Shown here: positions 23,950 through 39,532 of the stretch, in pieces
Layout: every line of letters begins with the position of its first letter
Numbering within the stretch: position 1 is the first letter of the stretch
Source: Fonticula alba ATCC 38817
Lineage: Eukaryota; Protista; Nucleariida
Direction: 5' to 3' (one strand)
DNA: 64,000 nucleotides
NCBI GenBank assembly: GCA_000388065.2
Contig: KB932201.1
Program-made: the position numbers and the translations under genes
Notes under the pieces: generated by a model
Told to the model about the DNA's origin: nothing
The model's database searches: none
The model's input: only the letters and a program-made list of their open reading frames with translations

Positions 23950-26621
23950 AGCGAAATGGAGATGTTGGTCTCGTGGGGGGGAGAGAGAGGGGGGGGAGAG
24001 GGATGAGATACACCAAGATGGGTGGGAGATGGGAGAAATAGCAACGAGGCTGTGCCGAGCCCCAGCCAGAGGCCGGGACGGTGACAGAGCGCCCGGACAA
24101 AAAGGTCGGTTCCCGGCTGTGAGCGGAAAGCACGGAGCCACGGGAAACGGCGACCAGGGCATCGGCAGGACGAGGCGAGGGGGGGNNNNNNNNNNNNNNN
24201 NNNNNNNNNNNNNNNNNNNNNNNNNNNNNNNNNNNNNNNNNNNNNNNNNNNNNNNNNNNNNNNNNNNNNNNNNNNNNNNNNNNNNNNNNNGGGGGGGGGG
24301 GGTGGGGGGGGGACAGATGGTTGGCCCCCGGTCGCTTCCCGCGCGCAGGAGGAATCCCCCAAACAACGCCCCGACCGGCGAGAAAAACAACAAGAACATG
24401 AGGCAACAACACGGCGTGGCCAGCCGGGGGGGGGTGGGGGGGGGGACGTTCCGCGCATGCCAGCCGGGATGCCACCCCCGGGCCAGCTAACCTGGTGGGC
24501 GCTTAATAGGATCCGCGGCGTGGCTCGCGGTCGGCCCCACAGCCCCCGCTCCCCCCCCCCCCCCATTCTGCTTCCTTGTCTTGGCTCTCAGGGGTCAACC
24601 CAGCGGCGCCTGGCGGTTGACCCCGACGAAAGGCCAACACACGCGCGCCCACACACGGGGAAGATCCCCCAAGCCGGTCGGGAACCGGGGGGGGGGGGGG
24701 GTCTTTGCGTGGCTCGTCGGGCAGCCAGACCGCCAGTGCGTCGCGCCCTCCGCAAGGAGAAGACCTTCGCCCTCCCGCCCCCCCCCCAACCAGCCGCTCG
24801 CCGACCGAGGAGCATCCAAGGTGCGAACCTGTGCAGGCAAGGCCGATGCATACGCCTCCGGGCGGATGTTCGCTGGGGCAGACATTCCCGGGTCGGCGAT
24901 GCTCCCAACGTATTCCTGCCGGTATTGACCGGCGGGATGCGTGTCTCTTGTTCTCTCTTCCACATTTCGGCCCCCGTCCTCGGGCCCACAGGCAAGGGAT
25001 CGGCCCTCCTGAGGAGAGGGGCGCCGGCGGGGCGGGGAGGCGGATGGATCACCACATGCCGAGATGGAATTCGCCCCGCGTCCCCCTGGCGTCTCACAGG
25101 CCACCTTCCCCCGCTGCGCCAGAGGGGGGGATGTCACACATTATTCCAGACCACCTGAGAAAGGGGACTGAGGGGGGGGGGGGGGCGGGGGGGCGGGGCA
25201 AAAGCCCCCACTGCACCCGATCGTGCCCAAGCGCGGCGGCGGTTGGCTACAATGCGGGGGCCGGACCGTCCCCCCTCCCCGGCCGGCCAGGTTGGGCTGG
25301 CCAATGGGAATATATCCCCTGCGCCCCCCCGCCCCCGCCCTGGCCCCAGCGTGCCTGAATCCCCCTGCGCCACTCTGCCAGGGCGGAAATATCCTGCCGG
25401 ACTGGCCTGTGCACGCGCGCGCGCGCGCGCGCCTGTGCCCTCCACCCCTCTTCCCTCATGCACCTGGCCGGCCCAGCCCGGCCCAGCGTGCAGGCGCGCT
25501 ACTGGGTAACCCTCGGCGCGGCAGGCCGCCCGACGGCGCAAAAGGTATGCACCGACCATACCCCGAGCATGCGACAGAGGGTTTTGATCGTTGGTCACGC
25601 GGTGGTTTCGAGTTTACGTTCTGGTGTTAATTCTCTTTGTCTCCTCGTCGCCCGTTTTCGCAAAGTCCGCCCAACAGAATCCCCCACCTTTTTGTCTGTT
25701 TCGTCGCGCCGCCGCCTCCGTGCGCCTGGGCCTGTGCGTTCGGAGACACGACACACGCATACACATGCATCCACACCTATACACACACACACATGCCGTA
25801 CTTTGCGTTCTGCCAGAATGGATGGACCACTGGCAGAGGGCCTCATATCCAAATTGGGGGAAAACAAAGACCCAATCCCCCCCGCCCCCCGCCCCTGACC
25901 GTTGTTGCTGCGTTCGTCTGTTCAGCAGTTGAGGCCGACCGCGGCCGGCAATCGGAGGACCCCAGCGCCCCCTGCCAGGTCGCGCTACTGGCCCGGGCGT
26001 GTTCTGGCCTTATTTTTCCAATATTATTGTCCCCATTTCCCCCCTCCTATCCCCCCCCCCCCCCCAAAGGGGCGTGGGCACGGGTGTCTGGATCCAATTA
26101 CTCCCACTGTGGGCCGCCCCCCCCCTTTGTGGAGGGGGAATAAAACGCGATCAGACCACCGCAATCCAGGGCGGGGGGCGACGGGGGGCGCATTTACACG
26201 AGCACACGCAGGCACATCCGGAAAAGTACCTCGGCCCCCTCGAGTAGCATGAGCATGCCGGCGCGTGCCCCTGCGCGATTTCTCGACATCATCCTGCCTC
26301 CATCTGCCGAAGGTCCCGGGCGGTGCCTTTCTCGGCAGACCGGGCGGAGGACTGGCCCCAGGGCTTCCTGGCCAATGGAGGGGGGGGGAGTAGCTCTTGC
26401 CTCCGGAAAGGGAATGGGCACCTGCCTGGCGGGCATCTTTCGGCATGCTGAGCTCCGATTGCTCTGGCCCGATGAAAAGCAGGCGTGCCGCGATCTTCCA
26501 ACTCGGAGCGCAGGAGACTTCTTCCCTCTCCCCAGCCTTGCCCGCCTCCCGTCCACCACAGGGACTACGCCCCCGCCCCGCAGCCGGCCACGACCACCTA
26601 TCTCGCGCCCTGTCCCGCCCG

Positions 26622-29600
26622 ATGGAAGCCACCAACCCGATCAAGGAGGCGTATGCCTACCTTCGGTACCAGGCCAACAACTTCTTCCTCCCGGTTCGTC
26701 GGCCCCCCCCCCCCCCCNNNNNNNNNNNNNNNNNNNNNNNNNNNNNNNNNNNNNNNNNNNNNNNNNNNNNNNNNNNNNNNNNNNCCCGTGCGGCTTCTTT
26801 CCCTGTCCCGCCCCTCCCCCCCCCCCTCTTCTGCCCGTCCTCGACTCGGGGTGTAGGCGTACGTCCTCTGTGCCGAGGCCCTGTGGCAGTTCGATTCCTT
26901 TGAGGAGGCCAGTGAGTGCCTGGCCTTTGCCCAGGCAACAGCCATTCGCCGGCCGGAGGTCGTGCAGCTGCCACCGGCCGAGGATGGCCCAAATGGCCCG
27001 TACGCCGGAGACCGGTACACGCCAGCTGGGCTGATCCAAAATGCCCCGGTCGTGGAGCGCCTTGCGCTTTTGGTGCGGACGCACCGGCAACATACTGGCC
27101 CGGCGTCTGCCGCCCTGCTGGATGCCGTGGCGGGGCTCACGCCGGACGCGCGCGACGCCTTTCCCCTGCGCCCCAGCCCGGACCAACTGCAGGCGTCTCG
27201 CCGCCAGGCGCAGATCCGCCTGACGCAGAGCCTGGCCCACTGCTTTGCCTTCATCGGCCCCAGCTCCACCGCCAGTGGTCGTCGTCGGCCGGCCGCCGCC
27301 GCTCCGATGTCCAGTAGCTCTCGCCCGGGCGACGGCGCTCCCGCCACCAACCGCCTCGGGCTCCGGCCGATCCTCACGGCCAAGCGCCTGCGCACCATCG
27401 CCCCCGCCTCCACCCAGACAAGCATCCTTTCCTTTGCCCGCCCGGCGGCCGTCGAATCCCCGGATGCCGATCCCCAGGCTGCTGGAGGCAGTGAGGTGGG
27501 CGAGGACACGGCTGTTTCTCCATCCTTGGCCTTGGCTCCGGGGGGATCGAACTACCTGGATCAACTGACCTCGGAAACGATCCTGCAGATTGCCGCCTGG
27601 CTGTCGACCAGCGACCGGCAGAATTTGGTCCGCGTATGTTGACACCCTGCCTCCCTGTGCCCGCGCCTTCGCCATGTCCCTCCCGCCCTTCCCCCATCGC
27701 CACCCCTCGCGTCCATCATCGGCATGCTGGTCGCTGATCTCTTTTACGGCCCCCCTGACCCGGGTGCTGCCCCCGTCTGCTGGCTGCCTGCTTTGCCCCG
27801 ACACACAGGCGTATCCCCAGTTTGAGCAGCTGATTGAGGGGCACTTTTCCGATCCGCGATTCTTCTGCTTCAACGATGAGCGCTCCAAGGCCATCTTCCG
27901 GCAAAAGAGCAACTGGATCCAGCGGGTCTCCATCCCGAACACCATTACGTACGTCCTCCTCGCGCCGCGCCCTTGCTGGCATATCCTCGCGCTCGGCATT
28001 CCGGTCTCACCTTCGCCTGTGCATGTCGATCAGACGCATCTCCCTGTCCAACACCATTGGCAAGTGGGTCCTCCAGTGTCTCCAGGCCAGCCGGCCGAAT
28101 CTCGTTCATCTGGAAGAAATCGATGTGGTGCGTGAGTGCTGGCAGCCTCCTCGATGTGTATCTTGTTGCCCTTCTTGCTGGTGCTTTTCTCCCCCTTCCC
28201 TCCCCCCGCCACTCTCTCTTTCTCTCCCTCCCTCTCTCTCTCTCTCCATCTCGCCTCACCGTAGCCCGGATCACTGATCCTCGTCCTCCCGCCCGCCAGT
28301 CTGACCTGCGCGCCACGGAGCTCGAGCTCGGTGACATTTTGCTCCGGCTTGTCCGGACGTCAGGCTCCCCGAACGGGAAGCTGCGCGTGCTGAACGCCAA
28401 TAACACCGATCTCTCGCTGAGTGTGCTCAGTGAGCTGGCCACTGCCGCCGGCGGCAGTCTCACCAAGCTATCCATCCGGCGTTGCCCGATCATCTTCTCC
28501 ACTCTCGAGGTGGACGACCGGTGGCATCACATTCGCAAGTCGGGCTTCCTGCGCAATCTCCGGGATCTGGACGTGTCATCCAACAACAACGCCAAAGATG
28601 GGCATCTGCAGAACTTCTTGCGACCCTACCGCCAGGAAGACGGGACCCTCATCAGCCACCTCGAGCGCCTGGTAATCTTCCAGTGCTTTCGGATATCACT
28701 TCGGGTGCTCCTTTGGTTTGCCCTCCCCCAGTGTCAGTACAGTCTGCAAGAGGTGTGCATCACGCCAAAGGACAGCATGACCAATTCCCCGCCGCTGGAG
28801 GAGTGCGTTGTCCTCGTGCCATCCATCCTTCCTCCTCTTCCTCCTCCTCCCTGTGGGCTCTTGCAACACACCCGTCTTCGCCCGCCGGCCGGCCGGCCGG
28901 CCGTCCGTCCATCCGTCCATTCACCCCTCCCCCCTCCCTGCTTACTAACTTCCTCCCGGCGTCCTTGTCCAGCCTCTCCGATGTCATCGCCTGCACGCAG
29001 AACACCCTCTCCCAGATTTGGATCAGCTGTTGCCTGGCTGCCAATCCCAGCCTCCTGCAAGCCATCGGCACCTACCTTGGACCACGGGTGAATTTGACCG
29101 GGGTTGTCTCGGCCAACAGCTCCCCGACATCCATCCCTCGGCCGTTGGACTCCACCGGCATGCCTTTCTTCAAGTTCCTCTCGGTTCTGGCCCTTCAAAA
29201 TGCCCGGTTCTGCAACGATGAAACGCTGCCGGTGCTGGCTCCGGCCTTGCATCTCCTGACTAAGTGCGCTCCCCGATCCGAGCCCCGGGCGAGATCTCCC
29301 TCCTCTGTCTCTCAGCTTCTCTCTCTCTCTCTCTCGGGCTCCTGATGCTGACATGCCCCCCTTGACCTGTCCCATCTGCTTCCTCTCCCTCTCGCTTTCC
29401 CTCTCCCCTCTTCAGGCTCATCATCAATGATGCCACCTTCACGAAGGTCGGCCTCCGGCGTACCATCCTCGATGTCCATCGACACGCCGTGCAAACGATG
29501 GAGCGTCTCCAGCATATGGACATGGTCAACATGCGTGGGCTGCCCCGGTCGGATATCCACGCCAAGGGGTTTGTCCTCTTCCCGAATCTCGAGCAGCTGG

Positions 29601-29944
29601 ATTTCAAATCGTGCGCCGGGTTCTGTGACGAGTCCATGCATTTGATGTTCGGGTTGACCCTGGCTGAGGATGGTCAACGTTTGCCGATTATTCCCGGCCT
29701 GGCGACCAACGGCCACAACTCGCCCCTGCCCCAGCTGGTGGATGTCAATCTCAACCAGACCCCCATCACCATGGCCGGGGTCCGGGTGTTGGCCTCGCGT
29801 CAACGCAGCTGTCTCCAGCGCCTGGCGCTGATGTTTCTACACCCCTGTTCCGACCCCACACGCACGATTAGCATTGATCGCGTTCGCTCGGCCGTCGGCC
29901 CTGGCTGCAAGATCCTGCTCGACAATGTTGACGACGACGACTGA
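26622..29944 (+). CDS. TPR-like + F-box + leucine-rich-repeat protein (Dia2/Pof3-type architecture); 5' exons unresolved and probably extend to about 25.8 kb
   Basis: Exons 26622-26693, 26857-27633, 27809-27948, 28034-28127, 28300-28802, 28973-29263, 29416-29944 are in phase. TPR-like AYVLCAEALWQFDSFEEASECLAFA; F-box NYLDQLTSETILQIAAWLSTSDRQNLVR; LRRs LTKLSIRRC, LRNLRDLDVSSN, LEQLDFKSCAGFCD, LVDVNLNQTPIT. Confidence 0.8.
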
Positions 29945-31041
29945 CCGACACTGTTGGGAGACCAATCCTGCGAAATAGAGGACAAGGAGGTAGCCTTCGA
30001 ACATTCAAGCAGAGTGTTGGCTTGGGCATTGTGTGTTGTGTGACTTGCAGATGGGGATGGGAGCTGGGAAAAGGGGCGAGAGAGAGAGAGAGGAGGGGGG
30101 AAAGTGAGCGAGGGCAAGGGAGGGAGGAAAACGTGCTAATAGACGAATTCAGAGTGAGCGATGCATACACACACCCACACACACTCTTACAAAGTACAAC
30201 GAGAGGCGCCCAAAAACTCACCTGGGCCAGATCCACTGCCCTAGGAAACAGGGCGCGCGAGGAAAGTTCCCACACCAAGCAAGTATTCCTCTTTCTCCGT
30301 CTCGGCCCCCCCCCCCCCCCCGAACGGGCCCCTGCTGGCGCAGATCGCGGCCACCGATCGGTGCATCAGCTGTGTGCGCACATGTGATCACGCGTTTTAA
30401 GATCCTTCCAGGCCTCAACGTGCTACGCGGCCGGTATAGCGGCCAGGCACCTGGCGAAGAAGAAGAAGCATGCCCCCCTGTGGCGCATGGAAAACGAGGC
30501 ACGCCGATTGGACACAATTGCGTGAGCACAGCCCCCNNNNNNNNNNNNNNNNNNNNNNNNNNNNNNNNNNNNNNNNNNNNNNNNNNNNNNNNNNNNNNNN
30601 NNNNNNNNNNNNNNNNNNNNNNNNNNNNNNNNNNNNNNNNNNNNNNNNNNNNNNNNNNNNNNNNNNNNNNNNNNNNNNNNNNNNNNNNGTAGGGGGGGGG
30701 GGGGGTCGCACCAACGTGTGTGGGGCACACCGGCCGGGGACAGGGAATCTTACATTGCAGGACCCAGGTGCCGATGATTGTCCCTCTCCCAGGGTTGAAG
30801 CACAAAGAAACTGCCGCGTCTGGCCCCGCCACCCTTGTGGGGAGGACACCACAACGGCCGGAGAGGGAAGAAGGGCTGGCGACCTTCCGGCTCGAACGAT
30901 TCGAGCCTTCAGCCATCCCCCTGCATTCTCGTGCCCAGTTCCCCTCCTCCCCCCCCCTTTTAGCCCCTCTGTTTCGCCCGCCTCCTCCCTCCCTCTCCCC
31001 CCGGTCCCCTTCTTCCCCCCTCTCCCCACACCCACCCCACC

Positions 31042-34927
<3,886 letters not shown>

Positions 34928-36320
34928 TGAAGAAGGACTCTCCCCGGTGCTGTCCCCCAGTGTCAGAAAGACCCTCCTCCGGCATATCTCCTAGTCGGGG
35001 CTTCCTCCGGACCGAGGGTGTGTGTGTGTGTGTGCGCCCCGCGTGAATACCTCCCATAGACGTCCCGTGCACTCCCCCTACCCCACCCCATCCCACCCCA
35101 CCAGCCTCCTCAAACGGGCGGAAGGAGCGACCGCCGCGGTGCGCTCAGCCGGCGATGCACGCCCCTGCCACCACTTCACCCCGGCACCGCCCCGCTGCCG
35201 CCCTGTCGCCGCCTCCTCCGCGCCTCCTCCCCCCCCCTTCTTTTTTCTTCCTCCTCTCCTCCTCCTTTCCCTTGCCTGTGCCAGCGAGACCCCTAGATCG
35301 GCCATGTATATACCTACCTTCCCCTCCCCAAATAAGACCCTGTACTATTTTTTGTCGCAGCATGAGGGGGAAAAAGCCCACAAGCATCGGAATGCCGCTG
35401 CCAACGGAACGCCACCCTAAACGGTGGCCAGCTAAATGGCACAGGTGGCCTATATGTGGGGCGCGTGATCACGCTTGCCGGCGAGCTGGCCCATCTCGGA
35501 GGGAGCTATCCATGGCTCTGGCCCCCCTCCCGCGCCCTGCCGCGCCCTGCCGCACCGCCCACTCAAGGCGAGGAGCTAGGACTCACTTGGTCCGGGTGTG
35601 GTACGGCGGTGACCGGCGTCTACGCGCGTCTGGGCCTGCTTCGTGACTAGAGACCCCCAGGGCACGGCCGGGCGTGCACTCGCTGGTGACGACCGGCGGG
35701 GATGGCTCGCGCGCCGGCTGCGCGGACCGCGGGGGGAGGGGGCAGGAACGGGGAAACGTGGCCAACAGGCCCAGGTGCACATCCATGCCCGGTGTATAGG
35801 AGGGCGGGGCCGTGTCCTGGTGTGCCCGGGAGATCCGCGGGGCACCCCTGGAATATGCACTCCCACGCCGCTCCCCGCCCCCCGCCGTCCCCCGGTATCG
35901 GAGAAGTTCTGGCAGAGAGCAACAGGCAGCATTACGCAAGAGATCGGCGGCCCACGCCTCGGGAAGAGCTGCGTTTCAGCTTGATTTCACGGAAGTTCGA
36001 CCACAGTGCCAGTCGACCTAAACGCCGGGTGTGGCCGGACCTTGCTTGCCCTGGGGGGGGGGGGGGGGGGGGGGNNNNNNNNNNCCCCCCCCCCTCTCCG
36101 TCCCGGCCAGCGAGGCTGTACATGTGCTGATGGATTATTTGCTGCTGGCTTTTATTTTTCTCCGGAAAAACAAAACACCCCCTCCCTGCGTGACACCCCA
36201 CCACTCAGGCCGCCGAGCGCAAGGCCGCTGAGGAGCATGTGCGTCCAGCCTCTCGCCCCTTCCCTCTGTCCACATCCCGCATGCCACGGCTGGCTGACCC
36301 TTTGTCTTTACGCCACTCAG

Positions 36321-39148
36321 GATGCCTCTCCCGATGCCTACGGCGACCTGCCGATGAACCAGTCCCAGGCCAAGACCGACGCCAAGTGGACCCGCCTGTC
36401 CACCCTGACCGCGGCCGATGCCGGGTCGACGGTCCTCATCCGCGGGCGTGTTCACGTCAGCCGCGGCACCGGCAAGCTGGCCTTCATCACCCTGCGCCAG
36501 CAGAGCCACACCGTGCAGGTGGTCGCTGCCGCCGACGACAAGACCATCAGCCGTCACATGGTTCGCTTCATTGGCAACATCCCCAAGGAGTCCGTTGTCG
36601 ACGTGACCGCCACCGTCACCGCTGCCCCGACCCCGATCGACAGCTGCTCCAAGAAGGACATTGAGCTCCAGGTGCAGAAGGTCTTCGTCGTCAGCCGCAA
36701 CAACCACCGCATGCCCTTCGAGCTGGCTGATGCCCTGCGCACTGAGGCCGAGCTGGCCGGCGACTCGGGCCTCGTCGGTGTCAGCCTCGACACCCGCCTG
36801 AACAACCGTGTGATCGATCTGCGCGTGCGTCCCCCGGTCTGCCTCTTGGCGATCCTCCCCCCCCCCCCTCGCCCCCTCCCCCGGCGCTGCCTCGCCCCAT
36901 TCGCTGACTCTCCTCCCGCCTCTTGGCCTCGCTGGAATGTGTGGACGCCCGAATGTGCGCCCGTGCGCGCAGACCATGACCAACCAGTCGATCTTCCGTC
37001 TGCAGGCTGCCGTCGGCAAGATCTTCCGTGATTTCCTCCAGAACCAGGACTTCGTGGAGATCCACTCGCCGAAGATGATCGCCGGCGCGTCCGAGGGCGG
37101 TGCCAACGTCTTCAAGATGAACTACTTCAAGAGTGCGTAACAAATCGTCCTCGTGCCTCTCTCTCTCTCTCTCCCCTGCGCCCCACATGCTGCATGCATT
37201 CACATCTTCACCTGTGCACGCAATCTGCACATGTATTGCACACACCTGCCGTCCTAACATGTCGTCCTGCCTTTCCGGGGATACCCACATCCAGGCGAGG
37301 CCTGCCTTGCCCAGTCCCCCCAGCTCTACAAGCAGATGGCCATCAGCGCCGACTTCGACCGTGTCTTCGAGATCGGTCCCGGTACGTCGTCAGAGCCTCC
37401 CATTCCGACTGCAACTGGCCCTGCAACATCCCTCATCTGTTCCCACTCTGACTCCCCCCCCGCCATTAGGCCTCTCAGACGGAGGCCTGAGCAAGGACCA
37501 CAATCACTTCTCCGTGCAGTGATCTCTCCCCTCCCTCCCCCGCCTTCTTTGCCTGTTTGCTTTCCCTCCTTTGGCGAACGAGCATCCCCCCCTACCATGT
37601 CCTCGACTGAAAACCCCCCTGCCACCGTTGAGCAGGTCACTGAGGCCGTTGAGAACATCGACCTCGAGGCCGGGTGCGCTTTCTTCTTTTGTTGATCTCC
37701 CCGGACGGCCTTCTGCCTGCTGTCACACGCACACATACACACACACACACTCACACATACTCACACTCACACACACTCACACACACTCACACACCCGCCA
37801 CTCCTCGGTAGCCCCTCCAAGAAGGCCCAGAAGAAGGCCGAGGCCAAGGCTGCCAAGGACCGTCTCAAGGCTGAGCGTGCCAAGGAGCGTGCCGCGAAGG
37901 AGGCCCAGCAGGTACACTCGACCCCTTTTCCCCTTCACACCACCCCCCCCCCNNNNNNNNNNNNNNNNNNNNNNNNNNNNNNNNNNNNNNNNNNNNNNNN
38001 NNNNNNNNNNNNNNNNNNNNNNNNNNNNNNNNNNNNNNNNNNNNNNNNNNNNNNNNNNNNNNNNNNNNNNNNNNNNNNNNNNNNNNNNNNNNCCCCCCCC
38101 CCCCGGCACCGGCACCGGCCATTACCCCCTGCAGTCTTCCGCGCTGAGGACTCCAACACCCACCGCCACCTGACTGAGTTCGTCGGCCTGGATCTGGAGA
38201 TGGCCTTCAACGAGCACTACCACGAGGTCCTGGACCTGTTCGACAACCTCTTCGTCACCCTCTTCAAGACCCTGAGCACCGAGTATGCCGAGGACATTGC
38301 CACCGTCTTCAACCAGTACCCGGCCGAGCCCTTCCAGTTCCTGGAGCCCTCCCTGCGCCTGACCTTCCCCGAGGCCATCGCCATGCTGCGCGAGGCTGGC
38401 TATGAGGTTGGCGACTTCGACGATCTTTCGTGCGTGCTTCCTTTCCTCCGTGCCTGCTCACCTCCGCGGCCTTGCCGTGCCCGACGGGGCTTTTGCTGAC
38501 TCGGGTACTTGGCCTCCTCCCTCTCCCTCTGTCCAAATCTCTGCCCTGCTTGGTGGTGATACGCCCGGCCTTCCTCTCCCCTGCCTCCAGCACCGAGACC
38601 GAGCGCGCCCTCGGCCGCCTGGTCAAGGAGAAGTACAAGACCGACTTCTTCATGCTGGACAAGTTCCCCCAGGCCGTCCGGCCCTTCTACACCATGCCCG
38701 ACCCCAACAACCCGGGCTACTCCAACTCGTATGACTTCTTCATGCGTGGTGAGGAGATCATGTCTGGTGCCCAGCGTGTTCACGATGCCGACTTCCTGGC
38801 CGAGCGTGCCACTGCTTGCGGCATCCCCCTGGACTCCATCCAGGCCTACATTGACTCCTTCAAGTTCGGCTCCTTCCCTCACGCCGGTGGTGGTGTCGGT
38901 GCGTGATGTTGTCCTGCCCCCCCGCCCATGCGTCCCCTTGAATTTTGTTCCTCTCTCCGCCCCAGGGCACAGCCTCATTCCCACCAGCCACTCTTGCCCC
39001 TGTTCTAACCACATGCCTCCGTGCACCGTCTGTCCCTCCTGCCCGACCGCATGCAGGCCTCGAGCGTGTGGTCATGCTCTACCTGGCCCTGGGCAACATC
39101 CGCAAGTCCTCGCTGTTCCCCCGCGACCCGAAGCGCATCACTCCCTAA
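36321..39148 (+). CDS. DARS1: Cytosolic aspartyl-tRNA synthetase, about 540 aa; exons 1-2 are out of order in this assembly
   Basis: Coding order: E1 37597-37673, E2 37812-37911, E3 36321-36824, E4 36973-37132, E5 37295-37381, E6 38135-38429, E7 38591-38898, E8 39057-39148. OB fold ([15 protein letters not shown]), motif 1 (EIHSPKM), [19 protein letters not shown], motif 2 [15 protein letters not shown], motif 3 [13 protein letters not shown]. Confidence 0.95.
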
Positions 39149-39532
39149 AGAGCAAGCCGGGCTCAATCGCGCTATCTTGCGGTGATGGCAACGACGATGA
39201 CGACCATGTGATGGTGTGCGTCTGCCATCAGTGCACATCAGCCGGTGCGCGGCCGACGCCAGGCACCGCGCGCACATGTGCTCGTTCCCCACCGTGCATG
39301 CGCATCTGCGAGGGGAAGGAGGGCGGGGGGTGGTGGTGGTATGTGCGCACCTGCCCGACACCGGGTGGAAAGGGACCCCCTCCGCTCCCCCCACTATGCT
39401 GCTCTATCCTTGCTCCCTCCTTTTGCCCCCTCCCATTGCCACTCGTACCATCTATATCGCAAAAAAAAAATACACCCACCGAAAAGGATATCAAGTGTTT
39501 TGGGGGGGAGGGGCCCTGGTACATATGGATGT

